IMG/VR virus record: IMGVR_UViG_3300032236_001850
Span: 186,001 to 250,000 of that record
DNA length: 64,000 nucleotides
Direction: 5' to 3' (one strand)
The position numbers and the translations under genes were made by a program. Position 1 is the first letter of the stretch; each line of letters opens with the position of its first letter. Shown one piece after another: positions 10,501 through 21,573 of this stretch. Under the pieces are notes generated by a model. That model did no database searches, was not told the origin of the DNA, and saw only the letters and a program-made list of their open reading frames with translations.

Positions 10501-11245
10501 TTATCCATCTGATATTATCCAACACAAACATAGCAAATTCACTGAGCCCCTTAAATTCATCAGGAATTTCTCCAGTGGTTCCAATAAAAATTCTGGTTGA
10601 TATAAGACTGGACATTACTGGGACCCACGTTTGAAATATGGATTCTCTACTTTTTCTATCAAGATATTGAAAATCGTCAACGAATAAACAATCAACGTTT
10701 CTTCCCATTGGTCTACCAACAGGCCAAGCTGTTATTCTACCACCGTTTTCAAATCTCACACTAACATCCTCCATGCTTTCCACTCCAGGCTTCATATAGA
10801 ACGGTAACTCTGCGTACATTTCCATGATTCTTTTTATTGTTTCTGCAGACCTTTCCATTTTGGATGTAATTATAACAACGTCCCTGCCCTTAAATACTAG
10901 ATCATGAAGTGCCATAAATTTTATGGAAGAACTTAGTCCAGTTTGTCTTGGCAGGGCTACAGGATAGAATCTTTTTAATTCATGCTCCGTTAGGATCTTT
11001 TCCTGATTGTTATGCAATATAGGTTTACATTTATTACCACCAGGATAAACTATTCCATGATTATGTATGAAGCTAACTGGATTTCTATCATATTCATATA
11101 ACGTAATCATCTCCTGATCCGTTATTTTTATATTGACCCCACACCTTCTTATACCAGGAAGCTCCTTATACAATAAAGATTTCATCTTGGGATCATTAGT
11201 TGACTCCATCAGATCTATTTCTTTTTGTGTGTGTATTTGCTTCAT
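10460..11245 (-). CDS. terminase large subunit ATPase-like protein, truncated and degenerate
   Basis: LHNNQ, PRQTGLS (Walker A lacks Lys), LPFYMKPGV, FENGGRI, LFVDD; no nuclease domain. Confidence 0.75.
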   Translation of the reverse strand: MKQIHTQKEIDLMESTNDPKMKSLLYKELPGIRRCGVNIKITDQEMITLYEYDRNPVSFIHNHGIVYPGGNKCKPILHNNQEKILTEHELKRFYPVALPRQTGLSSSIKFMALHDLVFKGRDVVIITSKMERSAETIKRIMEMYAELPFYMKPGVESMEDVSVRFENGGRITAWPVGRPMGRNVDCLFVDDFQYLDRKSRESIFQTWVPVMSSLISTRIFIGTTGEIPDEFKGLSEFAMFVLDNIRWITIRRQGISTFYED

Positions 11246-11312
11246 TGTGTATTATATAGAATTATAACTTTATGTTTCCGATATATAGAGTATGAAAACT
11301 ATAAAATAAATC

Positions 11313-11876
11313 ATGAAAAATATAAAAACATTTAAGCAGCTTTTCGAGAATTCAATGATGGATAAACGACTTAAAATTGTTTCTTTTGGTGCTGACAAAT
11401 TTGACGAATTCATCTCTTATATTAATTCATTGGAAGGAAATTGGAGAATGCTAAGTAATGTATCTATCTTTAAAAGTTACACAGCGAGGAATGGTAATGT
11501 ATACATTATAAATGATGAATTTGTCATTCAGTACAAAGGTGAAACAATAGGTGATATAGAAGTGGTATCCGGCGCTGATGCTACTAATCGTACAGTAAGA
11601 GATCTTTCTCAAATTTCCGAAAAAATCGGATGTTCTGAAATAGTTTTAAAAATTGCTTTAATCATTACCAAAATGACAGGTGAATTTTCGATGGATCTCA
11701 ATAATAATATGGGATCAACAGAAATAATGGATTATCTATGTGATTATTTCAAAAAAAATCCACTTATGCTTTATACGCTTGATGGTTATCCTGAATTAAA
11801 AAAAGAGGTGATGGATAAAACAGGGATTAAAGATTATGGTTCTATTGGGAGAAAATTAAAATCTGGATTGATGTAA
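11313..11876 (+). CDS. putative virion protein, paralog family
   Basis: MKNIKTFKQLFE N-terminus; C-terminus shared with 12479. Confidence 0.75.
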   Translation: MKNIKTFKQLFENSMMDKRLKIVSFGADKFDEFISYINSLEGNWRMLSNVSIFKSYTARNGNVYIINDEFVIQYKGETIGDIEVVSGADATNRTVRDLSQISEKIGCSEIVLKIALIITKMTGEFSMDLNNNMGSTEIMDYLCDYFKKNPLMLYTLDGYPELKKEVMDKTGIKDYGSIGRKLKSGLM

Positions 11877-12469
11877 TGAAAAATATAAAAACATTTGCAC
11901 AACTATTCGAAAACACGATGGGTAATCAAAAATATCCAAACGTGGTTACCTTCGGAAGAGATGACTATGAAAAATTCTCAAAATACATCGATCATATAGA
12001 CAGATCAGGTGAAACCAATTTATCGAATTGGGACATCAAAAAGGATAAATCCAAATTTTATGAATTGATGGAAGATGTTTATATAAGCTTCGTTGATGAA
12101 AAGGATTTATTTGGGTGGTTCTATAACACTAGAAAGAAATCCTTATCTGCAGACAAAATTGAAACACCAGAAAATATAGAATTATTCTATACAGCAAAAA
12201 TAGAAAAATATTCACAACCATCCGAAGATTTTGTTGATTTTGTCACGATAGAGGATAGTGATGATCCTAAATGGGACGAATTAAAAACTATACTATGGTT
12301 ATCAACTCTAGACGATAATATAGATTTAATAGAAAGAGCAATAAAAAACTGCTCCAGAGGAGAGGAATTTAAAATGATGTCACGTATAAGAAAATACTCG
12401 CCAGACTTAGCAAATCAGCTGGGTATTGGTAGTAATGATATGGCTGATCTTGGAGACCTTGGATTTTAA
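11876..12469 (+). CDS. putative virion protein, paralog family
   Basis: MKNIKTFAQLFE N-terminus. Confidence 0.75.
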   Translation: MKNIKTFAQLFENTMGNQKYPNVVTFGRDDYEKFSKYIDHIDRSGETNLSNWDIKKDKSKFYELMEDVYISFVDEKDLFGWFYNTRKKSLSADKIETPENIELFYTAKIEKYSQPSEDFVDFVTIEDSDDPKWDELKTILWLSTLDDNIDLIERAIKNCSRGEEFKMMSRIRKYSPDLANQLGIGSNDMADLGDLGF

Positions 12470-12478
12470 TATTGAATT

Positions 12479-13237
12479 ATGAAAAATATAAAAACATTCA
12501 AACAACTATTCGAAAACCTTGTCCAGTTAACACCATCAAGTTATTGGTCTTTCGTTGTTTTCTTTCCTGATGAAAGGGTAGGTGCAACTAGGCTTTCAAG
12601 ATTTTTAGTTTCTGGTGATTCTACAAAAACGATAACAACCGAATTTTTGGAAAATTTACTACCTCAGTATCTAGGATTTGACTCATTGTATACTCTTTCT
12701 CCCGATGTTGCACCACCAGACATAAATGGATTTATGGAATTTGGTGAGTGGGTACACAATAACATAGACGAGATATCGGATAGAGCTGGAGTTGAAAAAA
12801 TATACATTAACGGTAGGGAAATTGCTAATGGACTAGACTTTCCTGAATTTTGGGATGCTTTTAATGATGAGCATGGTACGGACGAATACACTGAAATGTA
12901 TGGAGATCCAAATCACATAGCATGGTTAATAATGAACTTTTTCAGAAGCTTTTCGGAGGAGGACACACTGAAAGATATTTTCGAATTCTTTAACACACCA
13001 GTTGGTAATCCAGTAGGTAAGAACAATCACTTTCTGAAATTAGGTGAAAAATATCAGAATGTGCTCGAGAGGATTTTGGATTCAAAGGAGGGCGATTGGA
13101 TTTATGATTATTTTAAAAACAATCCACTAGAACTACATATTGTGGAATTACCAGAAATAAAGAAAAAAATACTTCTTAAAACAGGAATAAGGGATTTCAG
13201 CGAGATAGGCAGAAAACTAAAAAAAGGATTAATGTAA
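12479..13237 (+). CDS. putative virion protein, paralog family
   Basis: MKNIKTFKQLFE; YFKNNPL...GRKLKKGLM. Confidence 0.75.
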   Translation: MKNIKTFKQLFENLVQLTPSSYWSFVVFFPDERVGATRLSRFLVSGDSTKTITTEFLENLLPQYLGFDSLYTLSPDVAPPDINGFMEFGEWVHNNIDEISDRAGVEKIYINGREIANGLDFPEFWDAFNDEHGTDEYTEMYGDPNHIAWLIMNFFRSFSEEDTLKDIFEFFNTPVGNPVGKNNHFLKLGEKYQNVLERILDSKEGDWIYDYFKNNPLELHIVELPEIKKKILLKTGIRDFSEIGRKLKKGLM

Positions 13238-13309
13238 AAATAGACTCGGATGAGTCTATTTTTTTGTGTTATGTTTTTTTATTTCGAGATTATTTCATAA
13301 TTTTGCATT

Positions 13310-14207
13310 ATGAAAAAAATCAAATTTACTCATTACAATCACAATCCATACGGAGACAAATTAAACTCGTCGACTTACTCTTTAATTGACGGTGAGGAAT
13401 ATTTAGTGGAATTTGGTGAATGGGAAGGAGCTACAGGAGCATTGATCAAAGTTAGAGGATTCAGAATATCTGGAGTATTTATGGTTAATCCAAAATGGAG
13501 AATGATAAATGAAGATGGAACGGAGACAGAAATTCCAGGAATTAAAGCCCAAAATTCCATGTGGTTCAATAATAAACAGGGAGATAAAGATTACGAAAGA
13601 TTGCTAGAAGATATAAAAGAATCTATAATTGAATGGAGACCAGTAAGATAATTTATAAATTTACATATTACGAGCATCTCGGATTTGCTGATATAGCAAG
13701 CCGTGATTATTATCTTATAGATGGAGAAGAATATGTTATATTTAGAGCACCCAGCGATTATCATTCTATGTATAGAGGGACAAGAATTTTCTGCTACATT
13801 AGAGGTAATTTCTTTAGCCGATATAATAGTGAAATTGTAGATATGGGAATACAGCTGGATGAAATTAAAGAACTCACACCAATAATAGAAAAAACTGAAA
13901 TAAAATGGCAGAGCGTGGTGTATCCATAACGTATGCTGATATGGTTAAAAGAATATTAAACGATGAAACTATGAAATTATTAAGATTTACATTCTGGAGA
14001 CATTTATCGTTTGGTGATATTCTTGGTTATGCTGGTGTACAATTCATAGACGGCAATTCATATGAGATAGACAGAGTTTTTATAACTGGTGAATTCCTAA
14101 CAAAGGAGGGTAAAAAAATAATATCCACTTTTGCTTTGGGTATTGACGAGATAATAGTTATAATAGACGAAACATTGGAACTTAAATGGAAACTGATATC
14201 TCCGTGA
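13310..14207 (+). CDS. tandem array of three paralogs (13310-13651, 13633-13929, 13905-14207)
   Basis: (K/R)FT..H...D...IDG..Y and terminal (E/K)W; same family as 9.3-10.5 kb. Confidence 0.65.
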
Positions 14208-14217
14208 TATATAAGTT

Positions 14218-14532
14218 ATGAAAAATCTACTATTATTTGAAGCTTTCTCCAACGAGAAAAAGATTGTACTTACTTCCAGACAGAATCGTGAGATTACACT
14301 GACCGTATTAGGAGGCCGTATCAACACGATTGACAATCGATCAGGGGTAAACTTCCCTTACAAGATTGGAGAGCATTACACACGCTCTATTGAGACGTGG
14401 GCATGCAATAATGGATTCAAGATAGACGGAAAGGATCCTTGTCCGGAAGAAAAGATATTCGGAATAAGAAAAAAGGACATTCCGCAAGGACATGAATTAA
14501 GAATGCTATATCCAGGAAAATTTAGAAAATAA
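14218..14532 (+). CDS. putative virion protein
   Basis: GATATATA upstream; MKNLLLFEAF. Confidence 0.7.
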   Translation: MKNLLLFEAFSNEKKIVLTSRQNREITLTVLGGRINTIDNRSGVNFPYKIGEHYTRSIETWACNNGFKIDGKDPCPEEKIFGIRKKDIPQGHELRMLYPGKFRK

Positions 14533-14622
14533 AAATCCATCATTCGATGGATTTTTTTATGTTTTATTTTTTTATCCCGCAGGATTGTTATACATTTGCA
14601 ATCTAATTAAAAGGATATCAAA

Positions 14623-14985
14623 ATGGAAAATTTAAAAGACTCACAAAAACCGATTAAAAACAAATTCATTACGAATTTAAGTGCATCAGATTCTTCAATC
14701 AAAGAAACAAGGGCTACACTCTTATCTAAAGGTGCATCCATAGCAGCAAATGCTTTGGTTCAAAGAATTGAAACTGAAAAGCTTGCTTTAGAAATGGAGA
14801 TTTCTAAACTTACGGATCTTGCTCCAGACACAAGCTACTCATTAAAACCAGGGGGAGACAAATTTGATGCCGCTACTTGGGTTGAACAATTACATAAAAC
14901 AAAGCTTAAATTAAGCCTAAAGGAAATTGAGTTGAAATCAGCTCAGGAGATTGTTAACGAATGGTTCGAAACTGATGCTAAATAA
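14623..14985 (+). CDS. coiled-coil hypothetical protein
   Basis: Follows a TAnnTTTG promoter. Confidence 0.75.
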   Translation: MENLKDSQKPIKNKFITNLSASDSSIKETRATLLSKGASIAANALVQRIETEKLALEMEISKLTDLAPDTSYSLKPGGDKFDAATWVEQLHKTKLKLSLKEIELKSAQEIVNEWFETDAK

Positions 14986-15661
14986 TAAAGTATATTTTTC
15001 GAAGAGCAATTCTGTACCTAAGGAGACGGTTGATAAGATTCGGAGATATATTTTAAAGTTTGATTTGGAGCTAAAGGAATTCTCAGGGGGAACATACAGC
15101 AATTCTGCTATGGACGACTGCGAATTCCTTATTGTCCTTCCCCCGCCACTTCCAAAAAAAGGATCGGGGTCTTCAAATGTTGCAAATGTTGGTAGAGGTA
15201 TATTTCAACAAACACAATATTTCTACGATAAGAGAAGTAAGATAAACAACATCCTTATTATTACATCTTATGGTCTATGTTCAGATAAGGAAGTAGCTTA
15301 TGTCGAATTTTCAACACCGGATTATTGGCGGGTAACGAATCAGAATGACTATGTCAATTATGGGGATATACATCTACAAAGATTTAACTCACACATTTCT
15401 GATTATTTCTCACTAAAACATTTCCCGCTGGAAAAATCTATTGCAGTTCTCGATGATGTCTTCGACATAAGCGGATCCGTAAAAGAATGCGATTTATCAG
15501 ATCGGGATAAACCTATCATTTATACAGAATTTACAGCATGGGATGAAGTTTATGAGGAATGGTTTACTAAACCAGAAAAAAAGGAAGATAAACAATCTAC
15601 TAACGATCTTGTTATAAATCCGGATGATCCAGAAGATTATTCACTTCTGCTAACATTATAA
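14975..15661 (+). CDS. hypothetical protein
   Basis: Long ORF coupled to upstream gene; terminator follows. Confidence 0.7.
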   Translation: MLNNKVYFSKSNSVPKETVDKIRRYILKFDLELKEFSGGTYSNSAMDDCEFLIVLPPPLPKKGSGSSNVANVGRGIFQQTQYFYDKRSKINNILIITSYGLCSDKEVAYVEFSTPDYWRVTNQNDYVNYGDIHLQRFNSHISDYFSLKHFPLEKSIAVLDDVFDISGSVKECDLSDRDKPIIYTEFTAWDEVYEEWFTKPEKKEDKQSTNDLVINPDDPEDYSLLLTL

Positions 15662-15729
15662 AAAGAGCCATCGGCTCTTTTTTTATGATATTTTGTTTGG
15701 ATATATAACATAAATTAAATTCAAACAAA

Positions 15730-16878
15730 ATGAATAGAATAAAAGACTTTTTAACCTTCATAAATGAGGCTGAGATTGCTTCAACTAGTACAGGTAGTGC
15801 AGGAGCTAGATTTCAATTTCCTTTAGGTAAATATAAGATAGAGGATATCGCACCAGCTGATCTTTCAACTCTTAGAGAAAATATCGCAAAAGACATTATA
15901 GCTAAACTTAAGGATGGTAACGCATACACTGGTCCAACTGAGATAAATTTGGTAGCATCAACATCTACAATAAACGTAACACCAGCTCTTAGAAAACAAT
16001 TAGCAAGCGAAGGATTCCCAGAAAAACCTGGTGATAAAACTGGTAACTATGCTCTATGTCAAGCAAGATTAAAAACAATAACAGACCTTATGTTTGGTAT
16101 GTTACAAATAGATCCTACTAATCAAGACCAGATGGGTCAATTTGAAAAAATCTATACAGTTAAAAAGACACCAATCCCAGATCAGAGTCCAAGTGAAAAA
16201 TCCCAGTACATAGAATCAACAATTAAATACACTGGACAAAAAATTAAGGATCAGATAAATTGTGATACACCATTACAATTAAGTGGAAAACAAGCATCAG
16301 AATCTGAAAATTTCGTGGGATATTCCAATGATAATGTTGCGCTTGTTGCTTCACCAAACACAAAAGTTACATTCAAATTCAGACCTGGTAATATACCCGA
16401 TTGCTTATTCTGGTATCAAAATCCAACAAGTTATGGACTTACCCCATTTTTGGGTAATAAACAATCCAGAGAAAAAACAGGGAATGAAGAATACAGAGGT
16501 AAGGTTAATGCTTTAGGTAAATATGCAGAAAAAGGAAACTTCGAGAAGAGATTAAACGCACAAAAAGATGCACTTATTACTGCAATGAAAACTGAGATAT
16601 CTAAATTTATAGATGCAGGTTCAGCTGAAAAACTAATAAATTCTGTTGTGCTTGACAAGGATGGCAATATTTCGGTAAGAGAAGAGGATCAAAAAAATGC
16701 ACAGCTATACAATGTTGATGTGGTAAAAAGTCCATATTCAAAAGACGTTAAATTGAGAGCATTTTCACCTTTAAGTGACACCCAATTCGGTATAGCTACA
16801 TTATGCTCACTTCCACAGATAGACACAGCAACTGGTAAAATATCAGGATATACACCATATCAACCAACTCAAGCATAA
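15730..16878 (+). CDS. putative virion protein with OmpA-like region
   Basis: F..G.Y, ASTS, N..L..ARL pattern; paralog of 16880. Confidence 0.55.
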   Translation: MNRIKDFLTFINEAEIASTSTGSAGARFQFPLGKYKIEDIAPADLSTLRENIAKDIIAKLKDGNAYTGPTEINLVASTSTINVTPALRKQLASEGFPEKPGDKTGNYALCQARLKTITDLMFGMLQIDPTNQDQMGQFEKIYTVKKTPIPDQSPSEKSQYIESTIKYTGQKIKDQINCDTPLQLSGKQASESENFVGYSNDNVALVASPNTKVTFKFRPGNIPDCLFWYQNPTSYGLTPFLGNKQSREKTGNEEYRGKVNALGKYAEKGNFEKRLNAQKDALITAMKTEISKFIDAGSAEKLINSVVLDKDGNISVREEDQKNAQLYNVDVVKSPYSKDVKLRAFSPLSDTQFGIATLCSLPQIDTATGKISGYTPYQPTQA

Positions 16879-16879
16879 G

Positions 16880-17992
16880 ATGAGCAGGATAAAAGATTTT
16901 TCTTCATTTATAAAGGAGGCTGAAAACCCAGCAGTATCTGTTGAGATGGTTAATGGTGACGTTAACAAAACAAGATTCCAATTTCCACTTGGTGAATATA
17001 AGGAGGAGAATCTAAAACCGGAAGAGCTCATAAAACTTAAAAACGATATTGCAGAAACAATTGTATCTAAACTTAAGAATGGTAGTATCTACAAAGGTGT
17101 CACTACCATACTATTAACAGCTTCGACTTCAACCATTCCAGTAACACCGGAGTTAAAAAATCAACTGGCAAAGGACGGGTATAAAAGAATGCCTGGTGAC
17201 AAATCAGACAATGCACCGCTATGTAGAGCAAGACTTGATACAGTTAAAAAACTAGTAATGGAAATGCTAGGTATAGAAACGGACGAGCAAAGAGAGGGGT
17301 TTGCCAAACACTTTATTTTTAAGATGTCTTTATTACCTGACCAGGGTAAAGAGGAGAGTTTCCAATATATAGAAACTGAACTTAAATTTTCAGGTGAAAG
17401 ATACAAAGAAATAATAAATTGTTCGGATAAATTTAAGAAAAAGGGTAAACAAGGTACTGAGGAAAACGGTTACGTTGGATATTATTCAGAGGATGAAATA
17501 GGTTTATATGCTTCACCTAATACCATAATAAATCTTAATTTTGACCCTTTAATAATACCAGACTGTTTCGCAATATATCAGGGTGAGGATAACTTTTATG
17601 TTACACCATTTATAGGGACAAGAGTAGGTAAGGATGCTTATTATGATGCACCAATAAATTACACAAGCAAACTTAACACTATAAAGGGTAAAATTTTAAA
17701 AGGTCTTAGAAAAAAATTAGCAGAATTGGGAATACCTGCAGATAAGATTGAGGAAATAATAACAACTAAAATATTAGACGAGAATAGAAAAATTAGAATC
17801 GTACAAAAGGGTGACGTTAAAGGAGATCCTGATTTTAAGGCGTCAATAGTTAAAAAACCATACTATAACCAATCAATAAAGCTTATGGTTTTTGCACCCT
17901 TAGACACAACAGTTTTTGAAATAAATACTACGTGTACCATACCAACAATGGATAAATCAACGGGAAAAATAAATATACCAACCAAAAAATAA
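16880..17992 (+). CDS. putative virion protein with OmpA-like region
   Basis: RFQFPLG, ASPNT and IPDC shared with 15730. Confidence 0.55.
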   Translation: MSRIKDFSSFIKEAENPAVSVEMVNGDVNKTRFQFPLGEYKEENLKPEELIKLKNDIAETIVSKLKNGSIYKGVTTILLTASTSTIPVTPELKNQLAKDGYKRMPGDKSDNAPLCRARLDTVKKLVMEMLGIETDEQREGFAKHFIFKMSLLPDQGKEESFQYIETELKFSGERYKEIINCSDKFKKKGKQGTEENGYVGYYSEDEIGLYASPNTIINLNFDPLIIPDCFAIYQGEDNFYVTPFIGTRVGKDAYYDAPINYTSKLNTIKGKILKGLRKKLAELGIPADKIEEIITTKILDENRKIRIVQKGDVKGDPDFKASIVKKPYYNQSIKLMVFAPLDTTVFEINTTCTIPTMDKSTGKINIPTKK

Positions 17993-18026
17993 AAAAAAAG
18001 CAGATTCTTTAAAGAATCTGCTTTTT

Positions 18027-18386
18027 TTAGAAATATACCGTTCTGTCGTCTATTAGACCTGTATCAGTCTCATTCAATATTTTCTCAACTATCCATGAAC
18101 TCTCACACATGGAATAGACTCCTCCAGTTTTTATAAACCAATCTTGATATAAATCAGCAAGTGAATCGTCAAGGTCATCCAGCATTATATCATAAGAATC
18201 AAGTTTTTCCTTTGTTTCCTCATCAACTGGACAGGGATTATCAGCAAAGAATTTATCCAATGCTTCCTTATATTTTACCTTTCCCTCCTCGGCTAATTCC
18301 TGGGTAGAGTATATACCAAGTATATGTGTCATGTAATCATCATAAGCTCCTGATGATGTCATTAATATGTATATTTTACCTTCCAT
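18027..18386 (-). CDS. hypothetical phage protein
   Basis: IYIL...G.Y......GIYST.ELA motif; coupled to the sigma gene. Confidence 0.7.
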   Translation of the reverse strand: MEGKIYILMTSSGAYDDYMTHILGIYSTQELAEEGKVKYKEALDKFFADNPCPVDEETKEKLDSYDIMLDDLDDSLADLYQDWFIKTGGVYSMCESSWIVEKILNETDTGLIDDRTVYF

Positions 18387-19288
18387 TAGAAAATATCAGA
18401 CATTTTATAATTAAGTTTTTGTGCGTATTTGGCCATCTTTTTTATGCCTTTCATGTACCTGATTCTAACAGTCTCCCCGGTAAGACCCATGCCCATGTTT
18501 ATTGATATCTGAGTGTAATTTTCTTCACCATCATCGTATGGAAACACACCATGTTTTCTTAATATAATTTCGGTCTCATGTGAATCTAAAACCTCGGTCA
18601 ATTTAAGAAGTATCGAATTTTTATCCTTAACATCAGTTTCAATGTCACTGTAATAATCTCCGGAGTCCATTATGTCTATCAATGTTCCTGAACCCGCTTC
18701 GTCACCCAAAGGTGAATCAAAAGATGATGGTTTTATATCAGCACCTATTGCGTTATGAATAATGTTTGTTTTTATTCTTGAGAATTTTTCAAGCTTTTTT
18801 ATCTCCTCTACAGTTTCTTCGAATGTTGCATTTCTCCCTTCCTTCATGGAAATTTCGTTTGCTACGTCCTTCATTGCTTTAAGTGTATTAACTTGATTTA
18901 AAGGTATTCTAACAGTTCTACCGTTATCACTAAGATGTTTTAATATCTCTTTTCTTATGTGCCAAACTGCAAAGGATATAAATTTAAAACCCCTACTTGG
19001 ATCAAAAATAGAAGCAGCCTCGACTAGACCTATATTTCCAACTGCTACTATTTCTGCAAAATCCTCGGGGTCCTTTGCATAATTTTTTGCTACCGTAAGA
19101 ACGAATCTTAAATTTGCATTAATCAATTTCAATCTGGCTTCTTCGTCGCCATTAAAAGCAAGAAATGCAATTTCTGCTTCTTTCTGTGGATCTATGACTT
19201 TCGTTCTGTCAACTTCCTTTAAATATAACGCTGAAGCTTTTGTGGTCCTTGGGGTAAAAGCCTCTTTGTTAACTTTGATTTGTCTCAT
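18386..19288 (-). CDS. RNA polymerase sigma factor, sigma70 (RpoD/RpoS-like) family
   Basis: ANLRFV..VAK.Y, GNIGL..A...FDP.RGFKFISFAVW.IR, RTVRIP, region-4 ETVR. Confidence 0.92.
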   Translation of the reverse strand: MRQIKVNKEAFTPRTTKASALYLKEVDRTKVIDPQKEAEIAFLAFNGDEEARLKLINANLRFVLTVAKNYAKDPEDFAEIVAVGNIGLVEAASIFDPSRGFKFISFAVWHIRKEILKHLSDNGRTVRIPLNQVNTLKAMKDVANEISMKEGRNATFEETVEEIKKLEKFSRIKTNIIHNAIGADIKPSSFDSPLGDEAGSGTLIDIMDSGDYYSDIETDVKDKNSILLKLTEVLDSHETEIILRKHGVFPYDDGEENYTQISINMGMGLTGETVRIRYMKGIKKMAKYAQKLNYKMSDIF

Positions 19289-19395
19289 TTTTTTGTTTTA
19301 TAGTTCATATAATTTTACGCAAAGATATAATATACGTGCGGTATAAAAAAATAAAAATGAATTTTTTTGATATATAATAAAATTAATTTAAAGTA

Positions 19396-20031
19396 ATGAT
19401 TAATATAAAGGGTTTTGCTGATTACATTTTAGCAGTAAATGAGGCTGTAATTATGCCAATTGATTACAGTGATCTTATGAGAGAATTGGCAGAAGCTTGT
19501 GCTGCTAGACCAATATCAATAGACCAGGCAAATATGATTTCATGGAATCATGATGTGAAATTTAAAAGATATGATGATTTTTACAGGGAGTTACCTGATG
19601 ATTTTAAACATACAGCACCTCCTAGAAACACGCCATTATTTGGATTCATTGATAGTGACAATAATGTTAATATAGTTTTAAGTATACCAGCTATAGGATT
19701 TAGAGAGCTTGGGTTTATATCACATATGATGCAGCATGAGAGTGTACATAAAGGTCAATGGGAAAGAAGACCTGATGTTGAATACACACTTCCTGACGCC
19801 AATGATAGGGCATCATATTTTTCCAACAAGGATGAGATAATGGCATTTTCCCAATCGATCATAGAAATGATGTTATCCAGAGAAGGACTTAGAAACATCT
19901 CCCAACTTAGAGATCTATTAAGAAGAAATCCCCTTTATAACGATATAAAAAGGGTGGTGAGCGAGGATGTATTAAAAAAATACAATAAGTACATCTACCA
20001 ATATGCAGAACAATATTTAAACGAAGAGTAA
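19396..20031 (+). CDS. HExxH putative metallopeptidase
   Basis: HESVH followed by a distal E..A. Confidence 0.55.
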   Translation: MINIKGFADYILAVNEAVIMPIDYSDLMRELAEACAARPISIDQANMISWNHDVKFKRYDDFYRELPDDFKHTAPPRNTPLFGFIDSDNNVNIVLSIPAIGFRELGFISHMMQHESVHKGQWERRPDVEYTLPDANDRASYFSNKDEIMAFSQSIIEMMLSREGLRNISQLRDLLRRNPLYNDIKRVVSEDVLKKYNKYIYQYAEQYLNEE

Positions 20032-20609
20032 TGAAATATATAAAAACATTCGAATCCCAGACTAATGATTTTTCGGAAATAAGTGAGGGATTAAGTTACC
20101 ATTTGGAATTTGAAATTCCACTTATGGAAAGTGTTTATAGAATAGAATCTGATGCTTGGTTATCTCTTATCAACGAATCCAGAGTTTTATGGGAGTCAAA
20201 TAAAATAGATCTTTGTGATAACGATCTATTCTTAATAAGTACGGACGCGGGCACGTACGGGACGTACGAGGGCGAGAGAGTAATGCTTGACGTTCCTTTT
20301 ATGGTTTGGAATGAATTAGATGAAGCTGAATATCAAGGAAAAAAAGTACAATTGAATCACCCAAGAAGAACTCCAGGAGGACCTAGAAAATTTGCAGTTT
20401 ACACCAAAAATGGAAGCGGTAAGGTTGTCCAGGTTAGATTTGGTCAACCAGGAATGAAGGTTAGAAATAATAATAGAGCTGCAGCTAAATCTTTTAGAGC
20501 CAGAATGCAATGTGATAACCCAGGTCCAAGATGGAAGGCAAGATGGTGGGCTTGCAACGTGTCAAGATATAGAAAATTATTAGGAATTAAATCTAGTAAT
20601 CCATGGTAA
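20031..20609 (+). CDS. putative virion protein with basic C-terminal domain
   Basis: MKYIKTFES; KFAVY...VRFG...SFRAR..C...ARWWAC. Confidence 0.7.
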   Translation: MKYIKTFESQTNDFSEISEGLSYHLEFEIPLMESVYRIESDAWLSLINESRVLWESNKIDLCDNDLFLISTDAGTYGTYEGERVMLDVPFMVWNELDEAEYQGKKVQLNHPRRTPGGPRKFAVYTKNGSGKVVQVRFGQPGMKVRNNNRAAAKSFRARMQCDNPGPRWKARWWACNVSRYRKLLGIKSSNPW

Positions 20610-20869
20610 AACCCTACGATGAGGTGGAATTATCAGATACCGAATTTATCAGAACATTTAGTGAATCCCTGAATAACGAGGAACTTAAATGGCACTGGGA
20701 CGAAGAGGATAGAATAATAGAACCCCTACACGAAACGGATTGGATGTTTCAGTTTGATAATCAATTACCAATTAAAATTGAAGGCGTAATAGAGGTAAAG
20801 AAAGGAGTCTGGCATAGACTAATAAAGGGGACTTCGGAGATCAAATTAAAAATCAAAAAAATAAGCTAA
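20603..20869 (+). CDS. cupin-like protein
   Basis: WHWD.EDR and WHRLIKG. Confidence 0.6.
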   Translation: MVKPYDEVELSDTEFIRTFSESLNNEELKWHWDEEDRIIEPLHETDWMFQFDNQLPIKIEGVIEVKKGVWHRLIKGTSEIKLKIKKIS

Positions 20870-20880
20870 TGTAAATTAGC

Positions 20881-21573
20881 TTATTTTTTGTTTACTAGGT
20901 TTGTATATTCCTTAGTTATATTTCTTAGGTAAGCTCCACTATCCTTAGCAGCTTGAGTTATTTTGGCAGCAACCTGAGAAGCGTTTCCTTTTTTGAATGT
21001 TACTTTATAAACCATATATTCATAATCTCCACCATCAACTATAGGAGGAGCAACATTTTTAATCTTGTCCAACTTCGGTACAACAACTGCAGTATTATCT
21101 CTTTCAAGTTCAAATTTAACCGTGCTTCCGTGCTCTTTAATTTTAAAAGTAACATTTTGTTCAGCATTTGCAGCTGGACTATTTGGTACGGTTGCTTTAC
21201 CAACTACTGAATTAATTATATACCTGGATGTATTAACGCCAGCAGCTTTAAGAGCCTCCACAAAATTTTTAGCTCTATTAGCTGCAAGTTTTTTATTATC
21301 ATAACCTTTGTCGCTACCAACCGCTGATGCTGATCCGGTAACAACAATGGCAGAATCCCTCATAGGTTTAAGAATCTCAACAGCTCTTTTGAATTGATCA
21401 TTGTCAGTATCTATTTCATCCTTACCTAATTTGAATAAGGATCCATCAAGAACCACTATTTTGGAGTAATTAAAATTCTTTACTCCTCCCTCTTTTGTGT
21501 TATCTCTCCCGCCACCAAGTGATTCGTTTAGATCGTCGTGGTAGAAATTTGAAAATGGTATTATATTTTCCAT
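20881..21573 (-). CDS. OmpA-like domain protein
   Basis: F..G....I, V.GSAS..G....N..LA.NRA. Confidence 0.65.
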   Translation of the reverse strand: MENIIPFSNFYHDDLNESLGGGRDNTKEGGVKNFNYSKIVVLDGSLFKLGKDEIDTDNDQFKRAVEILKPMRDSAIVVTGSASAVGSDKGYDNKKLAANRAKNFVEALKAAGVNTSRYIINSVVGKATVPNSPAANAEQNVTFKIKEHGSTVKFELERDNTAVVVPKLDKIKNVAPPIVDGGDYEYMVYKVTFKKGNASQVAAKITQAAKDSGAYLRNITKEYTNLVNKK

